Assembly (NCBI GenBank): GCA_000182565.2
Contig: KQ257457.1
Strand: one strand, 5' to 3'
DNA length: 20,000 nucleotides
Source: Spizellomyces punctatus DAOM BR117
Taxonomy: Eukaryota
Part shown: positions 1 to 9,463 of the stretch, in pieces
How the letters are laid out: each line of letters starts with the position of its first letter
Numbering within the stretch: the first letter of the stretch is position 1
Notes under the pieces: generated by a model
Told to the model about the DNA's origin: nothing
Databases searched by the model: none
Seen by the model: only the letters and a program-made list of their open reading frames with translations
Made by a program: the position numbers and the translations under genes

Positions 1-720
1 AAACGCCCAGGCGGCTTTCAACAGCACAGCCATTGTGACTCCCGCAGAGCGCGCGGAGGTTTGAAGAACGTCGGTAGAAGTAGAGCATTGATGGAAAATG
101 GGTGATGGCATTTCATCTTTAGCGGGAGCTCCACAGCGAAGGTTCAAAGGCGACGGACGAACGATGTCCGAAAGGTAGGCGCTCCAAAATTTCCGGCTTT
201 CAGCCATATCCTGAGCAAAAACATAGTCCACGACAGTGCGGAAACGAGGCCTATCGAGGAGCCTTTCACCGACGTATGCTTTGATGAGGTCATCGCATAT
301 AATAGGCAATGACCATCCGTCATACAAACTATGGTGAATCGCCATCACCACGAATTGCCTAGGGATGGGTAGGGACGAAGATACCAACGCTAAGCGAACC
401 CAATGAGTGTCTTGAAGAGTAAAACCACGCAGCTTATCAGACTCGAGATATGTGGTGAGTTCCGGTACACTGACGATATCCACCGTTGCCGTGGACTCGC
501 CATGTGTGATCTGGCACAGACCCGCGGTCGAGGTCGAGACAAAGGTGGTTCGCAATATGTCGTGCTGCTTTATGACCACCCAAAATGCCGTTTCCAGTTG
601 GCTCACAGATATTGTACCCTCTACTTCGAAAATAATATGAGCAAGGTACGAAGAATTGTCTTGTAATGTAGCTGCAATCATTCCACTTTGCAACGGTGTG
701 GTAGGAAACACTTCGTACTC
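1..720 (-). other. NRPS condensation domain C2 (truncated at the window edge); exon not listed in the ORF track
   Basis: The exon starting at 778 reads ...VFPTTPLQSGMIAATLQD...HDILRTTFV...VMAIHHSLYDGWSLP (motif at 336-313)...FWSAYL...LLKAAWAF and has no stop. Confidence 0.92.
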
Positions 721-3700
721 GTTCCGGATGTTTAGCTTTGGCAAGAAGTCCGTTGTGATTTCAGCCAAAGTCTCGCGGCTGAAGAAGCAACAAATACACG
801 GTGAGTTTGTGTATGTCATAAGGTAATGAATGGTATGACTCCCACCTGACACAAGCAACTGGCCAAGCTATTGGAATGTACTCCGTAGAGACGGACTTGA
901 GTATCGCTGCCATGTCCGCCAACAGAGGTTTTGAAAAGATCACCGTTGAAGAAAGACTGGAACACCCGTGTTTCTTGGCCTTCGCGACCAAACTGATCGC
1001 AGATAACGAGTCACCACCAAGGGCAAAGAAGGAGCTATCCCTTCCAATGAGCTGGATCTGCACTCCAAGGATCTCGGACCACAATTTTGCCAGTTGCCGT
1101 TCAGATTCGGTTTCAAGGTCATCTACTTGCATGCGCATATCAAGCTGTGCAAGTGCCTTCTTATCGGCCTGTGGGATGCCAAACAATACTTCAGAAAAAC
1201 AGTCCAAATAAAAATGCTCGTATCTGCACCAACCTTTCCATTCGCATTTGTCGGCATGTTAGTCAGGCCATGAAAAACGGCAGGCATCATATACCTGGGG
1301 ATTCGGCTAGCAAGAATGTCGCGCAATTCTTGCACATCAACCGTGTCCGGTGTGAAAAATCCAACCAGATAAGAGCTATCCTTCACGATAGCAACCGCTG
1401 CGCTCACTTGAGGATGTTTCATCATTGCGGCAGCAATTTCGTCTAATTCGATGCGGTATCCCTTGAACTTCACCTGATCATCTTTGCGGCCAAGTATACC
1501 AAAACTCCCATCCGAAAATATGTACCCCATATCTCCTGACTTGAACATTCGCGAATCAGGAATGAACGGGTCCGGTAGGAACCGCTCCTCGGTTAGCCTC
1601 GACAGATTGCTGTATCCAGGGGAGATACCGACACCGCCGATATAAATCTCACCCACCACCCCAATTGGAACTTGTCTGTGTTGAGCATCCAATATATAGC
1701 AACTGGAGTTCGGAATTGGCCGGCCAATTGTGACTTCGTCGTCTGGTTTGAGCAAAGCAAGGTGCGATATGACGGAAACCTCAGATGGACCGTATATATT
1801 GTTGAACACAACGTGTGTTGCCCATATGTCCTTCAGCTCTCTTGGACAGTGCTCGCCACAAACCGTAACCGCTTTTAAACAGGGGTAATCTTCGGGCTTT
1901 CCAATCTTCGAGAGTCCGGTGGGGGTAATAAAGAGTGTAGTAACGGAAGAAATAGTTTTGAATGCATCTTCTTCACGCAGGACAAGAGTTGCGCCATGAT
2001 TCAAAGCGGACCATGTTTCCAATTGGCATCCGTCAAAACCAACCGCTAAGAACTGAGCAATTCGAGAACCTTCCACACATCCGGGATGGTTACGGTAGTG
2101 GTTTATTACGTTTGAAACACCAATATTAGGAACGGGAACACCTTTTGGTGCGCCAGTTGATCCAGATGTATACAAGAAGAAAAAGGTGTCTGATCCAGTA
2201 GCGCAGTGTCGATCTGCTGGCGTGAAGTGCCGGGGAGAGGATTGAAGTTGCTTCATGTCGACCCATAAGAGTTCAATATCATGGAGTGACAGTGCTTCTA
2301 TCTTCCCTGTGCATTGGGTCGAAAGGATTAACGTAGCTTGTGAATCACGCAGAATATACTGAATGCGGTCCGCCGGAAACTGGGCGTCCAACGGGACGAA
2401 CGCCGCGCCAGTTTTCGCTACTGCCACCATCGACAATGTGAACTCGAGGCTTCTGGACAATACAATGGCCACACGATGATCCTTAGTCACTCCCTTCGAC
2501 GCTAGCTGCGCGGCCAGCGTGGTGCTGAGACTATCTAGCTCGGCATAAGTCAAGAATTGATCTCCATACTCCACGGCCCGGGTTTCTGAGCACTCCTGCA
2601 TGATCTTTCGGAAACCATCAATCACAACGTCATATGGTAAAGAGACTGTCCCTCCGAAGTTAAACTGTGAGATCAATGAGGATTGATGCTCAGATAAATC
2701 CCATAGCGAATCATCCTTGATGCTAACATTCGCAGACGCTACGAGCTGGGAAATTGTGAAGTCAAATTCATGCAGAAGGCATCCGATTTGGTTGTTGGCG
2801 ACAATCTCAACGCTACTTCCTGAAATAGTTATGAAAAATCGCTCGCTATCCCCAAATTCGCGGGAAATCACGACTGTAAAAACAGAGGACTGTGCGTCCG
2901 ATGGATTCGTGTCGGAATAGGTTCTAGTAGTGGGCTCGGGTGTATCGACGTAAACCAGTGTCGTGTCGCCGCAAGCCTGCCCCGTACGTTCTTTATTCGC
3001 ACTGTGATAACAATGTCGAATAGCTGATAAATCAAGATTTGCAGTTTTTCGCCGAATGCGATCAATATTTTCATCGACGAATCTCAAGAAATCAGCAATG
3101 GTCTGTTCCGAATCAGGAAAGCGCACCCGACATGGGATAGCAAACGAAGCGCCATTGTTTCCCCTAAACAAATTTGGTGAATGAGAATCATAGCTATGGG
3201 AACCGCAGTTTCCATTTAGACTTACGAAAATACAAGATCGGGATCGCCGAAAATGATATCGTCAGCGCAAAGATATTTGCGCAATGTCGCGGCCCAAGCT
3301 GCTTTGAATAAAGTAGGCAAGTGTACTCCGATCTGCCCGGCGAATGAACGCAACTTGTTGGCACTGGTCTGCAACGGGATAGTGAACGACTGGGGTTCAT
3401 TGTTATATGCGGACAGGTATTTGGCGTTGTGCGGCCGAAGCTCAGCTTGCCCGAAGGGAGGTCGCGAAGATAGTCTTCCAACAAAGCGGTATCTGAAGGC
3501 TTTACTTCGGCAGTAGATACAGTAGGCAGAATAAACGGAGTTGCAGCTCTTATGGAATTCTCTAGCAGTGTCTGGAGCTGATCTTGCATACTCTGGATAG
3601 TGGCCTCATGGAAGAGATTCTTATCGTAGTTGAAGAACCCCATTAGTGCTCCGTCGGGGCTCTTCGTATACTCAATTAACATCTCGAATGGGGCAAGACC

Positions 3701-6700
3701 TTCGGGCCGCTCATCTGGTTGATGTCTCGACAGAAGATGAGAGTTTTGCTCAACCAACATAAACGTGAAGAACGGATGTCGTCCGGGTAATCGAGAAGGC
3801 ATCTCCGTGGTAACGACTTCTTCGAAAGGAAGAAGCTGGTTGTCGAATGCCTCCAAAATGGTACCCCTAACAGCTGCAACCACTTCCGAAAATGTATCCA
3901 ATCCGGTGAGATCTGTGCGTAAAACCAGCTGTGGCAATTATGCAGTTAGCAAGAATTTCCCTTGAATGTAAGCACAAGGAGATTCATACCGTATTCACGA
4001 AGAATCCAACAATGCCTTCCAACTCTTTCACTCCCCGGTTTGCACTCACAGTACCGATACAGATGTCCAAGCTTCCAGTGTAAGAGGCAAGAATTATTTT
4101 TAGAGCACTTATCATAACCATGAAAACGGATGCGTTTCGAGAAGTAGCATATTCCTCAAGTTGGGAGGCCAGTTTTGCCGGAATGGAAAAGGCGGCGCTG
4201 CCACGTAAGATTTTATGGACTGAACCAGAATGCACTTTGTCATATGGGAACTGCAAGACCACAGTGTTCGCAAGCTTCTCTTTCCAGTACGCCGACTGTT
4301 TTTGAAATATAGTATTGGGAATAGTCTTTTCCCAAGCGACATAATCCGCGTATTGATAAGGTACCGACAAGTCCCTCCTCTCGCAAAGAGCGGTGAGCTC
4401 CTCTTGTACAAGGTTGATACTCCACCCATCGAACACGATATGGTGAACCCCTAGAACTGGGAAAGTATTCCGGAACAATGTGAGCCAGCCGATTGAGAAA
4501 TACTGATACAATCGATCACTTACCCACGACGCAACTAAGAGTATCCAGCTCAACCACCGAGAAACGCGCAACTGGCCCGTTCTTCAGATCAAAAGGCGTA
4601 CTGTATTCGTGATTTATTATTGAACAGATTACATTGGCTTCACTCAAATCCAAGGAATTGATGACCCGGATATCGGATGCTGCGGCTTCTAATTCGAGTA
4701 CGTGAACTTCAAGATTCCCATCGTTGTCAGTCCCAAAGGTGCTATTCAAACTGTCATGTCGTTGTTGCAGTTCTCTGATGGCATTTACAACTTCGGATGA
4801 GGTATGGCCTTCTATAGGAAAGGCTTGCACAATGTGATAATTGCAGCTTTCGGGGTTCTGTAGTTGATAGAGCCACATACGCTCCTCATGCGGAGAAGCG
4901 CCTCTAACATCCGCTCGCGGTTGCAGTGTGATTTTCGGCAAACTTACACTATCAGTGTCAGATCGAACGGCTTCAATGCGAGCAGCGAGTGCCGAAATAG
5001 TTGGACAGTCGAATACATCCGCCAACCGCAGTCCCACGTAGTTCATATCAGTCTTCAGTCTTCCCAAGACTTTTGCCGCCGCTAGAGAGTTCCCGCCGAC
5101 TTCAAAAAAATTGGTACGGACATCAATCTGATTGCCTGATTGCAAGACTTCGTTCCATAATTCAGCAATACGTTTTTCGGTATATGAGTTGGGTAAATTT
5201 TGATCTCCGGCGGCTTTCTCGATTACTGGTGCGGGCAACTGTGCCTTGTCCAACTTTCCATTACGGGTCAGCGGTAAAGACGGCAATTGAATAAAGGTTG
5301 AAGGTACCATATACGGAACGAGGAATTGAGCACAGTGCTGCCGAAGATTTGACGTGTCCATTTGCAAGGCAGTTCCTTCTATTAAAGTCCTCATCACTAC
5401 GTAAGCAACGACTCGATCCTCTCGCAACTGTACAGTAACGGCTGCAATATCGCGATGAGCGGCTAGTACTGACTCGATCTCCCCCAGTTCGATACGGTAA
5501 CCGCGAAGTTTGACTTGCGAGTCGATTCGTCCCAGATGTTCGATGCTACCATCAGAATGCATTCTGACCAAATCATTAGTCTTGTAGAGTCGCTCCAATG
5601 CTTCGTCTCCGGTACAAAGATGATTGCAAAGGAACGTCTTTGCGGTCAATTCTTCTCGATCTAGATATCCTCTTCCGACCTGCACACCAGCTATGTACAG
5701 TTCGCCGGGCAACCCGATTGGTACGGGTTGGAACGTTGAGGGATGCAGTACGTAATGTGCCAGATTTGGGAGCGGATATCCAATGCAATTCAGATAGGTA
5801 TCTTGCGATAGTACGGTAACGGACGTGAAGACAGCGCACTCGGTCGGACCTTAGAGCACAAGTCGTTAGAGTCCAAGGTCAAATTTCGCAAACCTGATCA
5901 TGCAAGGCAAAGCTACCGTATGCGTTCACTATCTTAATTCCCGCTTTCATGAAGGAGTTCACAGTCGAGCGAAGATACCCTTCCCCGCTGATATGGATTG
6001 TGCGTAGCGTCTGTGCGGCTCTGATGGGATCCAATAGAGGCATTGCGCTCGGTGTTAGTCCCATGACGTCAATCTGATGCTTTTCTACCAATGCCGTGAG
6101 ATCCTGCAAAAGATCCTGTTTACTGACAACGTAAAGGGTGGCGCCATACGTGAAGGGAATAAGAAGATCAGCGATGCTAACATCTAAAGCAGAATAACAG
6201 TTGCGTTACATCGGATGGGAAGTCACATAAAGCGATTTTGTTATATGAACTCACCAAACGTATACTGAAAGAATCCTAGGTATCTAGAAACAGAATCGAT
6301 AAAGTCCGGCATTATCGTCTTTGCCATGTTGAAGGTACATCGATGGTCCAATAAGCACAGCCTTCGGAGTTCCCGTTGTGCCCGAGGTGAACAGGCAGTA
6401 GGCAAGGCTTTCCGGTTTCAAACCAACCTCGGCGTTATCAATGTTCTTGGAAGGTACTCTCTTCAGATCTCGCTGTAAGTGGTCATCATCCCAATTTAAT
6501 TGTAGCAAGTGCGCGAACTCTTGGCGCCCTTCGCCGACGAAATGATGCAACTGTTGATCCTCAGTAAAAAGAAACCGAATTCTCGTATCCTTCACCATGT
6601 GCAACATCCTTCCTGGGGGAGCTTCGGTATCTAATGGTACATAGGCACCACCAGCTTTCCAGATCGCGAGAATGGAGATGGCAATACGGTGGCTTCTTGA

Positions 6701-8421
6701 CAAGCAAATACCGACGATTTCTTCCCGTTTCAGGCCTTGGGAGCGTAGATATCTCGCCAGTTTATTTGCCTCGTCATTAACTTGTCCATAAGTTAGCGTG
6801 ATGTCTCTGAAGATCACAGCCGGAAAATGTGGTTTCTTCGCAGCCGTGCTTTCGAATATACTATGAAGGAGCGCTGATTCATCTAAGTGTCGCCTCCCAC
6901 AGTTAAAATCGTGAACCACAAGCTTTCGTTCCTCAGCAGGCATGGTACTACTCAAGGTGTCAAGCGAATCCGTGTCCGATTGCATTGCAATTACAGTTAG
7001 AATTGATTGCAACTGTAAGAGAAGCCTTTCCACTGTTCCCCTCAAGTACAGGTTGCCATCAAATTGAACAGTCCATTCAATAGCTCCTTCCTCCTCACAT
7101 GTGAAATGGAATATCATCTCCAGCGGAGATAACCGGTCGTCCACGGGCATCGGACCCTTGTGCGCAGCTGGGGACTCGAAAGTACTCTGGAGGACTTGTC
7201 CGGTACCAGTCAGTTCAATCAGCATGAACTGGTGCAGAGGGTGACGACCAGGTAAACGTGGCGGGTTGACGGCTGCGAGGACGTCGGAGAACGGGAGTTG
7301 CTCATTGTCAAAAGCGTCGAGACATGTTTTTCTGGCTCGATCCAGGACATCATTGAAATTCTTGCAGTCAGATATGTTTATACGGAGAGCTAACTTGTTC
7401 CTCACGTGGTCGGATGTTTCCACGGTTGAGACTGAGCCAATACAGATGTCCTCGCTCCGCATCCATCGGCTCATAAGCACATTCAATGCACTGAGAATCA
7501 CAACAAAGGGGGATGTCTGTTTCGTTGAGGCATAGTAGACAATGGCGTTCGATAGCTCCAAGGAAAAACTGAATTGATGATATCTCATCGACGGGATATG
7601 TGCCTCTCCGTTGTGCGCTTTATCAGTTGGAAAAGGGCAGGAAGGCGCCTTTTTCAACTGCTCCGCCCAATACGCCGTCTGCACTACCGAGGAGATGAGA
7701 GACTCGCATGTAAGCTGCTCAACATTGGGGAGCATCATCTTGGTCAGCGTAGCGCGTAATTGCTGGGCACAAGACTCTGCCGTGTCCGGGAAGGTACAAG
7801 GATCGACCGAGATACGGCCGGTGAACGCGGCGGATGCTGAATCCAAGATCTCGAGGCGGATGTCGGAGTCCGATGGGAGATGTGATGACAAGCTGCAACG
7901 TGCGAGTCATGAGAACAAGCTAGGTCAACAAGCAGCCATTAAAACGAACCTTGCATCGCGGAGAAGAACGGTAAGAGAATGGGGAGTCTCAGAAATAAGT
8001 GCAGCCGTCTTTTTTGCGATTTGCTTGATCGTCCATCCGACCGTAGCTTGCATGTTGAGTGGTTCGCACTGGACTACCTGTGGCTTTGTGTCGATCGAAT
8101 CGGTAGCAAAGCGCTTGATAAGGGTGATGGAGAGAGGTCTCTCGTGCTGGCGGTTCAAAACAATGACCAATGCCGCCAACGCATAGATGAGAAGATTGTT
8201 GATTTCATTCGTACAGTCCTTCTTGACGCGAAGTTCGCTCAGGATATCGGAGGTAAGCGTGAAGTCGGCTTGTAAGGGTGCAATCGGGTGCGATCTTTTT
8301 CGCATAAAGGAGTTATGGGTCATTAGTAAATGCAATAGGTCAAAGCGCATTAATCGTCATACCCAGCGTCCGAAGCTGCGTCGATCTCGACGTCGAGTGC
8401 TTCAAAGCCTTTGGGCGCCAT
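1..8421 (-). CDS. Multimodular non-ribosomal peptide synthetase, 3'-truncated by the window edge, with two apparent frameshifts (~6348 and ~3400-3500), so possibly a pseudogene or an assembly error
   Basis: ATG at 8421 (MAPKGFEALDVEIDAASDAG). GT-AG introns at 8362-8295, 7949-7893, 6254-6184, 5916-5850, 4523-4457, 3989-3929, 3225-3164, 1233-1169 and 845-779 join the ORF pieces in phase. A1 motifs: FTSGTTGTPK, FDVS, NAYGPTE, GELYIAGVQVGRGY, GRIDSQVKLRGYRIELGEIE, NGKLD. T1: FFEVGGNSL. C1: HHIVFDGWS, GFFVNTLVLR. A2: YTSGSTGAPKG, YGPSE, FKSGD, GRKDDQVKFKGYRIELDEI. T2: FFALGGDSL. C2: PTTPLQSGM, HDILRTTF, HHSLYDGWS. The frame is open to base 1. Confidence 0.95.
895..2640 (-). other. NRPS adenylation domain A2 plus carrier domain T2 (approximate limits)
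   Basis: LTYAELD, FVPLD, YTSGSTGAPKGV, FDG, NIYGPSE, GEIYIGGVGISPGY, PTNANGK|ADKKAL across intron 1233-1169, then SFFALGGDSLSAI. Confidence 0.92.
3560..4910 (-). other. NRPS condensation domain C1, complete, LCL-like (approximate limits)
   Basis: ASPHEERMWLYQL, RHDSLNSTF, PFDLKNGPVAR, HHIVFDGWS (4445-4419), QYADYVAWE, YWKEKL, GFFVNTLVLR, LPFEEVV. Confidence 0.9.
4970..6870 (-). other. NRPS adenylation domain A1 plus carrier domain T1 (approximate limits; frameshifted at 6348-6349)
   Basis: LTYGQVN, WKAGGAYVPLD, AYCLFTSGTTGTPK, YTFDVS, NAYGPTE, GELYIAG, LPLTRNGKLD, then NFFEVGGNSL. Confidence 0.92.
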
Positions 8422-9463
8422 AATGGCAGATGAGGTGCTGTAGGGAAGGACTTGGCTCGTTGAATGACGGACAGTGTGCCAGGACTTCAAGTTAAATCGA
8501 ACGGACTGTCACCATCACGGCCGCCCAAGCGCAGTTTTTTTTTTTTGTCCTTGGTTTTTTGATTTCCTTTCTTTGTGTGCTTTATCGTTGTAGGTTAGAA
8601 GAGTATAGCAGTAGGGCAAATTTGCCCCGGCGACCTACCGGACAGTCATAAGCATCTTTCGATTCAAATTTCGCTTTCTCTCCTGGCTTCAACCGTATAA
8701 TGGGCAATGCATCATAAAGAACCCTTGGATAACTCTCTACAATTGAATTCTCTTCAATATCCCATCGAGCCCCCTCCAAGAAAATTCCATTGATGTAAGC
8801 GCCTTCTTCCGGCCGTACCCCAGCACTGCGGGTAGGCCGTACTTGAAACTCAAACGTCAACAAGTCGATGGGAATGGTGTACTTCCGGGCATAGTTTTGC
8901 AAGCATCCCGTAAGAAAACTTTGGGTGAAAAAGAATGCACTGAGCCAAAAGACTGTCTTCTGCCAGCAAAAAAGACCAAAAAGCCCATCGAAGTACATCG
9001 GCTGAAGATGGAGTGTCGGAGTTGCCGCGTGGACTTGCATGACTGTGCCACACCGAAAAGCTCGCCTTATTTAATTAGCTGTCCGTCCCCAGCAAATTAA
9101 GTGGCTTAGTCCCGCGATCTGCCAGCTTTGATCGTTTTGCACCCCATGTGAGCAATCACTTTTGATAAGTTGGGGCTGCTCAGGCACCGCGCAGCCCATT
9201 CCCCGGTCAGCAAAACCTCCGGAAAAGTGCCGTTTTTTTGGATGTTGGCGGAATCTTTGCCATATCGCATTTGCTCCATGAGAATGTCGACCTTCTTCTA
9301 CCCAAATTTACCAAATTGCCTGTTTGAATGTATTCGTGGCTGCAACAGAAGCTATTGGAATGGGCTAAAAATGTCGACCTGTTGCTCGTCTCTCTGCTTG
9401 TGGTTCCTCTTCTTTGGGATCCCCTCAGTGCCAGCAGAAGGGTGACCCATCCTTGTTTCTGCA
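8422..9463. promoter_or_regulatory. Divergent intergenic region between the NRPS and ABCC start codons (candidate bidirectional promoter), interrupted by the dynein fragment
   Basis: Head-to-head ATGs at 8421 (-) and 9464 (+). Poly-T tracts at ~8535-8560. No specific binding site can be supported. Confidence 0.5.
8639..8959 (-). pseudogene. Isolated exon of an axonemal (inner-arm, DNAH3/7/12-like) dynein heavy chain, C-terminal region
   Basis: Reads KTVFWLSAFFFTQSFLTGCLQNYARKYTIPIDLLTFEF...PEEGAYINGIFLEGARWD...ESYPRVLYDALPII...YDCP, a recognisable dynein heavy chain C-terminal signature. It is 321 nt, preceded by a T-rich tract plus CAG (AG at 8961-8960) and followed by the donor GTAGGT at 8638. 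No other dynein sequence is in the window. Confidence 0.88.

Noticed and set aside
7925..8350. ORF start MRFDLL as the NRPS start or a separate gene
   Set aside because: That ATG lies inside an intron (GTATGA...TACTAAT...AAAG, 8362-8295). The upstream exon from ATG 8421 joins in phase.
403..8423. Numerous plus-strand ORFs antisense to the NRPS (and similar ones opposite the ABC and P450 genes)
   Set aside because: Shadow ORFs of real coding exons with no independent motifs.
8295..8959. Dynein exon spliced onto the NRPS as an N-terminal fusion (same strand, ~220 nt upstream)
   Set aside because: The phase-0 donor at 8638 is out of frame with the NRPS for the acceptors at 8580, 8438 and 8295, and an in-frame TGA lies upstream of ATG 8421.
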